A DNA stretch of 64,000 nucleotides from positions 1,472,001 through 1,536,000 of the forward strand of contig OZ220732.1 of assembly GCA_965116905.1 (NCBI GenBank), in the 5' to 3' direction. The notes under the pieces were generated by a model. It had not been told where the DNA came from and searched no databases. It saw only the letters and a list, made by a program, of their open reading frames with translations. A program made the position numbers and the translations under genes. Below, in pieces: positions 37,905-47,152 of the stretch. The DNA is from Longimicrobiales bacterium. Its GTDB lineage: Bacteria; Gemmatimonadota; Gemmatimonadetes; Longimicrobiales; Gaopeijiaceae. Positions within the stretch are counted from its first letter, which is position 1, and each line of letters starts with the position of its first letter.

Positions 37905-39112
37905 GGCTGGCACTTTTCGGGCTGGTTGCGGCAGTTGCGGGAGCTGCGGGAGCTGCGGCCGGTTGCGGGGAGGCTACTGCCCCGGCAAGCACTTCGCGCG
38001 ACAGCCTCGGGATTACGATCGTCGAGTCGACCGCGCCGAGTTGGGCGGAGGGCGCCGGGTGGCGCATCGATGAGGAACCCGTCGTGGACCTTGTCGAGAC
38101 CGGTGACGGGGACATGCACCTTTTCTTTCGTGTGCGGGACGTGTTGCGCACTCGGAGCGGCCATCTGGTGGTTGCCGACTTGAGTTCCCAACAGATCCGG
38201 ATCTACGACGGGGACGGGCGCTACTTGCGCGCTTTCGGCGGCTCAGGCGAGGGACCCGGCGAGTTTCGCAGCCTGTGGGCCGTTGTGGAGACCCACGGCG
38301 GCACGCTCCTCGGCCTGGACTACACGGTGGGTGGGGCGGGCGCGGAGTTCGACATCGACTCGGGGCTAATCAGCACTTTCAGGTGGCCTGGCGAGGAGAA
38401 TCCGGTTCGGCATCCGGTGCGTTCGGACATCGTGTGGGGATTGGACGCGGAGTACACGATGGAAGACGTAGGGACCCTTGCTGGCCTCCAACGCCATCCG
38501 GCGACGATCATTCGATTGTCCGAGGACCGGACCACTGTGCATGCGGTCGCGCGGATTCGCGGGGGCGAACTCTTCTTCCTGCCCGAAGTTGAGGTCAATC
38601 CCATAATGGGGCGGATGACGTACGTGGTGCCGACCGGTCGGGGCGAAGTCGTGGTGGGACTTGCGGATGGGTTGGAGTATTCGATCCTCGACGGCCAGTC
38701 CGGAGCTGTGCGGCTGATTGCCAGGATTCCGGGAATCTCGCTTGCCGTGACGGAAGAAGAAGTCGACCGCGAACTGCGGGTGCGCCTGGGGCCCAACCCG
38801 AGGCCGTACATTCGGGACCTTGTGGATCGGTTGCCTGTTCCCACCGAGAAGCCTGCCTACCAAAGGATGCTCCTGGATGCCGAGGGGAACGTCTGGGCCG
38901 GCGAGTTCCTGGGCCTTGCGCGCCGCTACGAGCCACAGGACTGGTACGTGTGGGACTCATCCGGAGTATGGCTGGGCATCGTCGAGACGCCCGCGCGGTT
39001 CGAGCTGATGCGGGTGGGTGTGGACGAGGTGCTCGGCGTGCGGCGGGACCTGAACGACGTGGAGCATCCGCAGGTCTTGCGACTGGTCAAGCCTCAAGGG
39101 CAGCCTGGCTAA
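37901..39112 (+). CDS. 6-bladed beta-propeller (NHL-like) lipoprotein
   Basis: TTG overlapping the upstream TGA; AAGC lipobox; RDSLGITIVES, FGGSGEGPGEF, DAEGNVW, RDLNDVEH. Confidence 0.82.
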   Translation: MRLALFGLVAAVAGAAGAAAGCGEATAPASTSRDSLGITIVESTAPSWAEGAGWRIDEEPVVDLVETGDGDMHLFFRVRDVLRTRSGHLVVADLSSQQIRIYDGDGRYLRAFGGSGEGPGEFRSLWAVVETHGGTLLGLDYTVGGAGAEFDIDSGLISTFRWPGEENPVRHPVRSDIVWGLDAEYTMEDVGTLAGLQRHPATIIRLSEDRTTVHAVARIRGGELFFLPEVEVNPIMGRMTYVVPTGRGEVVVGLADGLEYSILDGQSGAVRLIARIPGISLAVTEEEVDRELRVRLGPNPRPYIRDLVDRLPVPTEKPAYQRMLLDAEGNVWAGEFLGLARRYEPQDWYVWDSSGVWLGIVETPARFELMRVGVDEVLGVRRDLNDVEHPQVLRLVKPQGQPG

Positions 39113-39186
39113 CGACCAGCGCGCCCAGGGCGTTGCCCCGGTCGGCACTGTTGCATTGTACGTTGCGTTGTACCCCCCTTCGGCGA

Positions 39187-39232
39187 GCTGTCTTGCTCTT
39201 GGTTCGGCTTATCGCCTAACCTGTACTAACCG
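39187..39232 (+). promoter_or_regulatory. Dispersed 46-bp non-coding motif, copy A
   Basis: GCTGTCTTGCTCTTGGTTCGGCTTATCGCCTAACCTGTACTAACCG; 35/46 ungapped identity to the reverse complement of 50762-50807. Confidence 0.7.
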
Positions 39233-39270
39233 TCGGACAGCCTCTGACGCGACTTTACAGTCCGTCCGCG

Positions 39271-40533
39271 TCACAGCCCGCCGCCAAAGCTGTCCGCGAC
39301 CTGCACCCTTGCGCCGCCGCCGGCCTTCACGACGAACATCTCGTCGCGAGTCGGCGGCCGTCCCAGGCGCGGCTTGTAGAAGCGCGCGGCGAGGGCCTGC
39401 AGGACTTCCCCGACCGCGCCCTGGCCACACAACACGACGGCGCAGCCACCGAATCCGGCACCCGTCAGGCGCGCCCCCGCGGCTCCGGCCTCCAATGCCA
39501 CCGTGACGATCTCGTCCAGCTCGGGCGTGCTCACTTCGTAGTCGTCCCGGAGGCTCTCGTGCGAGCCCAGCATCAGTTCGCCGAACTCGCGCATGTCACC
39601 ATCGCGCATGGCCACCTCGGCGAGCGCCACCCGGCGGCCCTCCGTCACGACGTGGCGGAAGCGGCGAAACAGCACGGGGGCGAGGACGCGGCGGGCGCGC
39701 TGGAGCAGGCGGTCCATGTCGTCGTCGGCGATCAGGTCGCTATAGGTAAGCGCGGGAACGCCCCGACGGTCGCGTTCCGGCGTCGCCGGTCCGTCGTTGG
39801 CGAAGGCTCCGCCCACCGTCGCCAGCGCCTCCCGACACTGTCGCGCCCGCTCGTTGTATGCCTCGCGCGCACCGGCCGACTTCTCGGCGCGAACCAGCGA
39901 TGATGCCACTACCCACCGCCACCCCTCCGGCACCGCCACCGGAGTCACCCGCAACGGCTCGAAGTCGATACGCAGCGCGTGGCCCGCGACACCGTGCAGG
40001 CACGCGGCCTGGTCCATGCCCCCTCCCTCGAGCCCGACGAACCGCTCGGCGCGCGCCATCAGAGCGGCGAGTTCGAGGCGGGAGATGGCGGCGGCAGACG
40101 GGCCGGGACGACTGCCGGACTCGGGTTGTCCGGCCCCTACCTCTACCCCATTCGCCTTCAGCAGCGCCAGCGCCGTGGCTACCACCAACGCGGACGAGGA
40201 CGACAGTCCGGACGCGATCGGCACGTCGCCGGTCACGGTGCCCTCGATGCCCCGGTCCAGCCGCACGCCATGGTCCAGCAGTCCCCTGGCCGCCGCCCGC
40301 ACGTAGTTCGACCAGTGACCCTGGTCCGCTGCCTCGATGGGACGTTTCAGCTGAAACTCGAACCGGTCGAAACGCGCCAGCGGGCTGTCCAGCCGCACCA
40401 CCGGGCCGTCCGCCACAACGAACGCAATGCGCACGTCCCGGTCGATGGCGATGGGGAACACGGGCAGGCCGTTGTAGTCGGTGTGTTCGCCGATCAGGTT
40501 GACGCGGCCGGGGGCGGTGGCCAGCCAGCTCAA
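39271..40533 (-). CDS. galK: Galactokinase family (GHMP) sugar kinase, possibly N-acetylgalactosamine kinase
   Basis: APGRVNLIGEHTDY, PIASGLSSS, EGGGMDQ, SHESLRDDYEVS, GARLTGAGFGG; TTG start 2 bp after the symporter stop. Confidence 0.9.
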   Translation of the reverse strand: MSWLATAPGRVNLIGEHTDYNGLPVFPIAIDRDVRIAFVVADGPVVRLDSPLARFDRFEFQLKRPIEAADQGHWSNYVRAAARGLLDHGVRLDRGIEGTVTGDVPIASGLSSSSALVVATALALLKANGVEVGAGQPESGSRPGPSAAAISRLELAALMARAERFVGLEGGGMDQAACLHGVAGHALRIDFEPLRVTPVAVPEGWRWVVASSLVRAEKSAGAREAYNERARQCREALATVGGAFANDGPATPERDRRGVPALTYSDLIADDDMDRLLQRARRVLAPVLFRRFRHVVTEGRRVALAEVAMRDGDMREFGELMLGSHESLRDDYEVSTPELDEIVTVALEAGAAGARLTGAGFGGCAVVLCGQGAVGEVLQALAARFYKPRLGRPPTRDEMFVVKAGGGARVQVADSFGGGL

Positions 40534-40535
40534 TC

Positions 40536-42302
40536 CTAAAAGCCGAGTCTGGGCAATAGCCGGAAGAGCCAGACCCCCGCCGCCGCCGAGATCGCCAGTG
40601 CGGCCACCCCCGCAAGCACCTGGCCATAGAGCAGGTATCCCGTGGCGAAGAGTGCCGCGTAGACCAGCACGCACCCCAGGAACCAGGCCAGGAACGCGGC
40701 CGTGATCGATTCGGCGTCACGCGGGCCGGAGCCCACGTCGACCACCCGCCGCCACCCCTTGCCCAGCGGCTGGATCTTGTCGTAGAAGCCCTGCAGGGTT
40801 TCCCGGCTCGCTGGCGGCGTGACCAGGGTAACCCCGACCCACCCGACCGTCGTCACCGCCACCCCGACGACCAGCTGCTGCCAGCCGGTAAGCGGCGCGA
40901 AGCCCAGCGCACCGTGCACCCACGCGAAATAGATGGCGACGAGGAACGAGATCGTCATTCCGGCGAGTTCGCTCCACACGTTCACGCGGTACCAGAACCA
41001 GCGCAGCAGGAAGATCAGCCCGGTCCCGGCCCCGATCTGGAGCAGGATCTGGAATCCCTGACCCGCGGTATCCAGCTGGAGCGCGATGAAGGCGCCGAGC
41101 ACCATCAGTCCGACCGTCGACAGGCGACCCACCGCCACCAGTCGCCGCTGGCTCGCCTCCGGGTTCACAAAACGACGGTAGAAGTCGCTCACCAGGTACG
41201 ACGAGCCCCAGTTGAGCTGCGTGCTGATCGTGGACATGTACGCTGCCGCGAGCGACGCGACCACCAGCCCCAGCAGGCCCGCCGGCAGGAACACGAGCAT
41301 CGCGGGGTAGGCGAGGTCGTTGCCGACGAGCGACGGATCGAGGTCGGGGAATCGGGTCTCGATGTCGGCCAGCTCCGGGTAGATGACCATCGAGCAGAGC
41401 GCCACGATGATCCACGGCCAGGGCCGCAGCCCGTAGTGGGCGACGTTGAACCACAGCGTCGCCTTCATCGACTCCTTCTCGTTTTTGGCGGCCAGCATCC
41501 GCTGTGCGACATAACCGCCGCCGCCGGGCTCGGATCCCGGGTACCACGCGCTCCACCACTGCACCGCGATCGGAATGATGAAGATCCCCGCCGCGACACT
41601 CCAATTCGAGAAGTCGGGGAAGAACCTCATCGCCGACCGCAGTTCGGGGTTGCCCACGAGCCCCGCGAGGCCGCCGACTTCGGGCTGCGCCAACGCGAAG
41701 TATGCCGCGGCGACCGATCCAACCATGGCCACGACGAACAGCACGAGATCCGTGACGACCACGCCCCAGAGCCCCGAAGTGGCCGAATAGAGCATGGTCA
41801 CGGACCCCGCGATCAGGACGGTCGTGAGCGGGTCCAGACCGAGAAGCACGCCCCCGATCTTGGTCGCGGCGAGGGTGACGGTCGCGATGATCATCACGTT
41901 GTAGAAGACGCCCAGGTAGAGCGCACGGAATCCGCGCAGGAACGCGGCCGAGCGCCCCGAATAGCGCAGCTCGTAGAACTCGATGTCGGTGAGCGCGCCC
42001 GATCTGCGCCACAGCTTCGCGTAGAAGAAAACGGTGCACATCCCTGTAATCAGAAAGGCCCACCACGACCAGTTCTGCGCGACTCCCCCGGTGCGCACGA
42101 AGTCGGCGACCAGGTTGGGCGTGTCGGTCGAGAAGGTCGTCGCGACCATGGACGTGCCCAGCAGCCACCAGGGCAGCTTGCGCCCCGACAGGAAGAACTC
42201 GTCGGCGCCCTTGCCCGCGCGCCGCGCGAAGTAGAGGCCGATCGCGAGAGCCGTCAGCCCGTACAGCGCGATGACGATCCAGTCGAGGGGGACGAGTTGC
42301 AT
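40536..42302 (-). CDS. Sodium:solute symporter family protein
   Basis: EFFLSGRKLPWW, SMVATTFSTDTP, AQRMLAAK, AAYMSTISTQLN; many TM helices. Confidence 0.93.
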   Translation of the reverse strand: MQLVPLDWIVIALYGLTALAIGLYFARRAGKGADEFFLSGRKLPWWLLGTSMVATTFSTDTPNLVADFVRTGGVAQNWSWWAFLITGMCTVFFYAKLWRRSGALTDIEFYELRYSGRSAAFLRGFRALYLGVFYNVMIIATVTLAATKIGGVLLGLDPLTTVLIAGSVTMLYSATSGLWGVVVTDLVLFVVAMVGSVAAAYFALAQPEVGGLAGLVGNPELRSAMRFFPDFSNWSVAAGIFIIPIAVQWWSAWYPGSEPGGGGYVAQRMLAAKNEKESMKATLWFNVAHYGLRPWPWIIVALCSMVIYPELADIETRFPDLDPSLVGNDLAYPAMLVFLPAGLLGLVVASLAAAYMSTISTQLNWGSSYLVSDFYRRFVNPEASQRRLVAVGRLSTVGLMVLGAFIALQLDTAGQGFQILLQIGAGTGLIFLLRWFWYRVNVWSELAGMTISFLVAIYFAWVHGALGFAPLTGWQQLVVGVAVTTVGWVGVTLVTPPASRETLQGFYDKIQPLGKGWRRVVDVGSGPRDAESITAAFLAWFLGCVLVYAALFATGYLLYGQVLAGVAALAISAAAGVWLFRLLPRLGF

Positions 42303-42306
42303 CGCT

Positions 42307-43384
42307 TCAGCCTTGCGCGGGGAGGGTTGGCGGAGCGTCCCAAAGACGCATGGGATAGACCCCCGAGTCTACCAGCGACCGCAGGGATTCGGCCACTCCC
42401 GCGTGATCTTCGGGGAACGTAACCCCAAGCCATCGCTCGCGGGTGGGCAGCACCTTGCAGTGGACCAGTCCGGCGGCGATCAGGTCGTTCACGGCCTCGG
42501 TGAGGTAGAACTCGCGGTCGAGTCCGGGGCCCGAGGCGAGAAACTCGAACCGAGAAGAGGCGGTGCAGCTGGTCCACAGACTCCAGAACCGGCCACCCGC
42601 CCGCTTGCTCGCGACTTCGCCTCGTCGACTGGTGGCGTTGACAGAATCATCCGGGAATCCCCACAGGTTCGTGCACACCGGAGTGTCCAGGGGCACGTCA
42701 ACGCGCCTTCCGGCCACGTCGCGGCCGCGTACCCGGTTCCCGGAGCGGCGCATTTCGAAGCCCTCGGCCAGGCGCTGAAGCGTGCCGGTCCCGTCGACTT
42801 CGCAGATCCCCCGGGATACGCCACCGCTCTCGGACAGCGTGACCTCGAGCGGATACCCGACCACGAATGCGGGCAGCGGATCGGGAGCGGAATCGGTCGC
42901 AATGACGGCTTCGGTGCCGCGGGTCGTCGGCGCGCCGTCGGGGGACCCGCTTGCCGCTGCCCGCGCCCCTTCGCGCATCGCGTCGGCCAGCGCCTTGAAA
43001 GCCCCGCGGCCGTAGAAGTCGTCGGCGTTGCAGAGCGCGAAGGAGCCGCTGATGCGCTCCGCCGCCGTGAGAATGGCGTGGCCCGTGCCCCAGGGACGCG
43101 TGCGGCCCGACGGCGGGTCGCGACGCTCCGAGCGTGAGCCGCTGGTACACGTAGCCGATGTCGAGCCCGGCGGCGACGGCGGGGGCGAGGTGTGCGTCGA
43201 AGTCGTCCTGCTTGTCCTCCTGGATCACCAGCACGAAGCGTGTGAACCCCGCGAGCGCGCCGTCATGGAGGGCGTAGTCGAGGAGGGCCTCGCCGCCGGG
43301 ACCGATCGGCGTGAGCTGCTTGAGACGGCCGAAGCGCGTGGAGCGGCCGGCCGCGAGGATGACCAGGGTCAGGGGTGTGTTCAA
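42307..43384 (-). pseudogene. Sugar-phosphate nucleotidyltransferase, frameshifted and interrupted
   Basis: N-part LVILAAGRSTRFGRLKQL...LLDYALHD is in one frame; PSGRTRPWGTGHAIL...NADDFYG...NLWGF...EFYL...WLGVTFPED is in another. Frameshift near 43120-43135; 60-bp insert at 42581-42640. Confidence 0.85.
42576..42645. mobile_element. 60-bp insertion flanked by 5-bp direct repeats (ACAGA), possible MITE or IS remnant
   Basis: ACAGA 42576-42580 and 42641-42645; internal imperfect inverted repeat GCCACC...GGTGGC; removing it restores NLWGFPDDSVDQLHRLF. Confidence 0.55.
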
Positions 43385-43410
43385 GTTGCGCCGCCACCGG
43401 TTTCGGTTTG

Positions 43411-43468
43411 GTTGGACAACCGTACTACAACGCGGACAAGATACAAGTCCTGTCGTGCACGGCAGGAC
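43411..43468. promoter_or_regulatory. Upstream control region of the sugar operon: ACAA-rich repeats and a 22-bp palindrome
   Basis: GGACAAC/CTACAAC/GGACAAG/ATACAAG cores at 43414-43447; GTCCTGTCGTGCACGGCAGGAC (43447-43468). Confidence 0.45.
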
Positions 43469-43490
43469 AGACGACGCCGGCAATCACCCC

Positions 43491-43616
43491 AATGGCAAAC
43501 CCGCCCAGCTGGCTTCCTACCTGGACCAGGGCCACGTCATCTCGTCCTGGAAGAGGGAGAGCGCGATCGATGCGGCCCGGCGCATGGTGGAGTTCTACCG
43601 GCGTCACCTGGGGGAT
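43491..43616 (+). pseudogene. Orphan C-terminal fragment of an S9 (prolyl oligopeptidase-like) hydrolase
   Basis: NGKPAQLASYLDQGHVISSWKRESAIDAARRMVEFYRRHLG matches the GKP.EL..Y...GH...R...FF.RHL end of S9 peptidases; no plausible start or upstream part. Confidence 0.55.
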
Positions 43617-45544
43617 CCCCCCAGCCCCACCATCTCCAGCAGCTTCAGCGCGTTCGTCGACGTCGCGATGCCGGCGCGCAGCCGGTAGTCAAAGGCGAGG
43701 CCGTCCGCTCCGTCGCCCACCGATTCCGTGAAGTGCATGGCCACGGCCCGCGCGACGAGATCATCGGCGTCGGCGAGTGACAGATCATGCGTGGTCACCG
43801 CGCCGACGGCGTCCGTTTCCAGGAGGTGACGCAACACGGTGCGCGCCGCGATCCGCCGTTCGGCGCTGTTGGTGCCCCGCAGGATCTCGTCGAGGAGGTA
43901 GAGGGTGCGGGGTGCGCCGTCGCCGGACGAGTCGGAAGCCGGCTGGGAGGAGTCCATGGCTGAGCGGGCCGCATCCACGACCTCCTTCAGCCGGTGCAGA
44001 CCCGCCATGAAGAAGGACACGCCACCGGTGACCGAGTCCTCTACCCGCATGCTGGTCACGACCCGCGTCGGGGGCATCCGCAGCTCCCGGGCGCACACCG
44101 GCCCCCCGGCCTGCGCGAGCACCGCGTTCAGTCCGACCGCCCGAAGCAGCGTCGACTTGCCGGACATGTTGGAGCCCGTCACGAGCAGGAACGAGCCCGC
44201 GGGACCGACCTCGACATCGTTGCGCACGCAGGTCGCGGGCGCGAGAAGCGGGTGGCCGAGTGAGCGCGCGCGCAGCGTGCTGGCGCCGGGGTCCAGCGTG
44301 GGGAGGGTCCAGTCGGGGTGGTCGGTCGCGGTGGCGGCGAGGGCGGCCAGCGCCTCCGCCTCGCCGATCGCGTCGAGCCAGTCCCGTACACGCCGGCCCG
44401 ACCGTGCCTTCCAGCGCTCGAGCGCGGCCAGCACATGCACGTCCCAGTGCAGCACGATGGCGAGGGGGAGGTGGAAGAGGGGCGACCTGCGGACGTCGGC
44501 CAGGTCCAGGACCCGCCGTAGCCCGGCGATCTCCTCGGGGGCGGCCCGCGGACCCTCGCCGATGCGCTCTCGAACCCTGGTCATGTAGCGCGAGGTGAGG
44601 GGTGCGCGGTGAAGGTGGCCGAGAAGGTCGCCGTACCGCCTGACCCCGGATTCGCCGTCGCTCGCCTCCGCAAAGACCTGGCGGATCGCCTTGCGCCTCA
44701 GCGTGCGCACCAGGACCGAGGCGAGCAACGTCCAGGCCAGCGCCGCGGTGGGTGCCGCGCCGACAACGTAGAGGGCGATCGCCGTGAGGTTCACCGGTGT
44801 GAGCGCCAGGGCGGTGACCCGGACCCACTGGTGGTCCCGCAACCAGGAATCGCCCTCGGCCCAGCGCAGGAAGCGTTCGGTCGGGGCATCCTCGCCGGGC
44901 ATCGGGCCCTCCTGGCCGGGCGCCGAGGCCGCCGCGAGCCGCGCCTCTTCCGCGAGCCGCGCTTCCGCCGCGAGCCGGTCCCGAAAGTCCATCGCCGCGG
45001 CCATCTCCCGGACGGCCTCCTGACGCAGCTCGACGGTCTCCGGATCGGCCCGGCCGAGCAGCCACGACTGCAGCGTCCTCCACCCGGGCGCCGTCCCGCA
45101 GGTCCCGACCAGCCGCAGGAGCGACGCATCGCCGTAGAGGTCGAGGTCCGTGGCGTAGTCATGGCTTGCCGGAGCCGTGAACGGGGGCGCAGGTGGCAGA
45201 TCCGCCCAGCGGCGCTCGACCCGGGCGATCCCGGCCCGGTTGAAGTCGGCCATGAACTCGGCGCGCCGCAAGCGCTGCCGCGCGGCCCGCTGCCGCACGA
45301 CGAGGACCGCGAACGCGATCGCCGAGCCGGCGAGGACCGCCCACGCCGCCGTGCCGTTGCCCGAGGCGAACTGCCACCAGGCACCAGCCACCGCGGCCGC
45401 GAAGAGGACCAGGCGCCACGTCCCGTACGCACCGACTGTTGCCGTCCTCGCGGCCGCCTCCCGGTCGAAGCGCTCGGCCCGCTCCGCGTAGACCTCTACG
45501 GGGGACGTGCTTGCGGCGTCTTTGCGGCGACCATCACGTTTCAT
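43604..45544 (-). CDS. Membrane-anchored MutS-related ATPase (domain V only)
   Basis: N-terminal TM helices, DLDLYGDASL, LGHPLL, TGSNMSGKSTLLR, LLDEILRGTNS, TTHD, FDYRLRAG...NALKLL. Start uncertain. Confidence 0.9.
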   Translation of the reverse strand: MKRDGRRKDAASTSPVEVYAERAERFDREAAARTATVGAYGTWRLVLFAAAVAGAWWQFASGNGTAAWAVLAGSAIAFAVLVVRQRAARQRLRRAEFMADFNRAGIARVERRWADLPPAPPFTAPASHDYATDLDLYGDASLLRLVGTCGTAPGWRTLQSWLLGRADPETVELRQEAVREMAAAMDFRDRLAAEARLAEEARLAAASAPGQEGPMPGEDAPTERFLRWAEGDSWLRDHQWVRVTALALTPVNLTAIALYVVGAAPTAALAWTLLASVLVRTLRRKAIRQVFAEASDGESGVRRYGDLLGHLHRAPLTSRYMTRVRERIGEGPRAAPEEIAGLRRVLDLADVRRSPLFHLPLAIVLHWDVHVLAALERWKARSGRRVRDWLDAIGEAEALAALAATATDHPDWTLPTLDPGASTLRARSLGHPLLAPATCVRNDVEVGPAGSFLLVTGSNMSGKSTLLRAVGLNAVLAQAGGPVCARELRMPPTRVVTSMRVEDSVTGGVSFFMAGLHRLKEVVDAARSAMDSSQPASDSSGDGAPRTLYLLDEILRGTNSAERRIAARTVLRHLLETDAVGAVTTHDLSLADADDLVARAVAMHFTESVGDGADGLAFDYRLRAGIATSTNALKLLEMVGLGGSPR

Positions 45545-45624
45545 GGATGAAAGTAAGCACTTCCGCGATCCGCACGGCGCGCACGGCCTCGTTTGCGGCC
45601 ACCGCCGCCACCGCGCGCCCAGCC

Positions 45625-47145
45625 ATGTTCGCGACCGCGCTCGCCACCGCCGCGCTCGCCGCCTGCGGCCCACCCGGCGACGGCGAGGTCCCACGGGCTG
45701 CCGACCCGGCCCTCCTCGCCCGTGTCGACGCCGTCTTCGCCGACTACGCCAGCCCCGACGGGCCCGGCTGCTCGGTGGGCGTGATCCGCGACGGCCGCCT
45801 CGTCCACGCCACCGGCTACGGCACCGCCAACCTCGATCACGGCATCCCGAATGGTCCCGCGACGATTCACCGCGTCGGCTCGGTCTCCAAGCAATTCACG
45901 GCCGCCGCGATTGCCCTGCTCAGCCTCCGTGGTGAGCTCGACCTGGATGCTCCCGTCCGCGACTACATCTCCGAGTTTCCCGACTACCCCAACCCTCCCA
46001 CCATCAGACACCTGGTGCACCACACGTCCGGGGTGCGCGACTACATCGTGCTCATGTCGCTGGCGGGGAACCGGAGCGAAGACTTCTACACCAACCAGGA
46101 GGTGCTGGACGCGATCAGCCGGCAGCGCGAACTCAACTTCACGCCCGGCTCCGAGTTCCTGTACAGCAACTCCGGCTACTTCCTGCTCGGCGAGATCGTG
46201 GCTCGTGTGTCCGGCCGGAGCCTGCGGGAGTTCGCCGCGACCGAGTTTTTCGGGCCGCTCGGGATGACCCGCACGCACTTCCACGACGACCACAACGAGA
46301 TCGTGCCCGACCGTGCGATCGGCTACGCGCCCACGGGCAACGGCGGCGGGGGCGACGGCGGCGGCAGCGACGGCGCCAGCAGCGACGACCGCGGCTTCCG
46401 TATCAACGTGACCACTCTGGACATGGTCGGCGACGGGGGAATCTTCACGTCGGTGGAGGAGTGGGCCGCGTGGGACCGCAACCTCACCGACGGCACGGTG
46501 GGCGGGCCCGAGTGGGTGGCGCTCATGCACCAGCGGGGCGTGCTCAATTCGGGCGACACCATTCCCTACGCGTTCGGCATCGTGCACGGCGAGCATCGCG
46601 GGCTGGCGACGGTCGGCCACGGGGGCGCGTGGGTCGGATACCGTGCGGGCATGTCGCGTTACCCCGAGACCGGCCATTCCTTCGTGGCTCTGTGCAACCG
46701 CTCGCAGATCGACCCGATGGCGCTCATCGCGAGCACCGCGGAGATCTACCTGGAGGACCGCTTGGGGCCGTCCGGGCCATCCGCGGCCGCGGAATCGGAG
46801 GCGGAGACGCCGGCCGAGACCGAGACGCCGGCGGAGACCGAGGAGGGGGACGCTCCGCAGGATCGACCCGGCCACGACATTCCGGACCGCACGCGCTACG
46901 CTGGATCCTTCCACAGTCCCGAGTTGAATACCACCTACCGGATCCTGGAGGAGGGCGGCGCCGGGCTCACGCTTCACGCGGGCCGGTGGGAGCCCCTCAC
47001 CCTGCACGCCGACTCGGACGGGGTGCTCACGAACGAGCGCGGAATGGCCTTCCGCTTCTCGCAACCGGCCGGCGGCCGCTACCAGGCGATGACCGTCGAC
47101 GCGGGGCGGGTCAGGAACCTGCGTTTCGAGCGGGTCGGGAACTGA
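45625..47145 (+). CDS. Serine hydrolase, beta-lactamase/D-aminopeptidase family, lipoprotein
   Basis: LAAC lipobox; SVSK, LVHHTSG, YSN, HGG motifs. Alternative start at 45547. Confidence 0.9.
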   Translation: MFATALATAALAACGPPGDGEVPRAADPALLARVDAVFADYASPDGPGCSVGVIRDGRLVHATGYGTANLDHGIPNGPATIHRVGSVSKQFTAAAIALLSLRGELDLDAPVRDYISEFPDYPNPPTIRHLVHHTSGVRDYIVLMSLAGNRSEDFYTNQEVLDAISRQRELNFTPGSEFLYSNSGYFLLGEIVARVSGRSLREFAATEFFGPLGMTRTHFHDDHNEIVPDRAIGYAPTGNGGGGDGGGSDGASSDDRGFRINVTTLDMVGDGGIFTSVEEWAAWDRNLTDGTVGGPEWVALMHQRGVLNSGDTIPYAFGIVHGEHRGLATVGHGGAWVGYRAGMSRYPETGHSFVALCNRSQIDPMALIASTAEIYLEDRLGPSGPSAAAESEAETPAETETPAETEEGDAPQDRPGHDIPDRTRYAGSFHSPELNTTYRILEEGGAGLTLHAGRWEPLTLHADSDGVLTNERGMAFRFSQPAGGRYQAMTVDAGRVRNLRFERVGN

Positions 47146-47152
47146 GCCGACG

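Noticed and set aside
43604..45544. Mismatch repair mutS
   Set aside because: No mismatch-recognition or connector domains; TM helices are present.
45625..47145. Antibiotic-resistance beta-lactamase
   Set aside because: SxxK/YxN/HGG with a C-terminal extension fits the broad peptidase/esterase group; nothing indicates resistance function.
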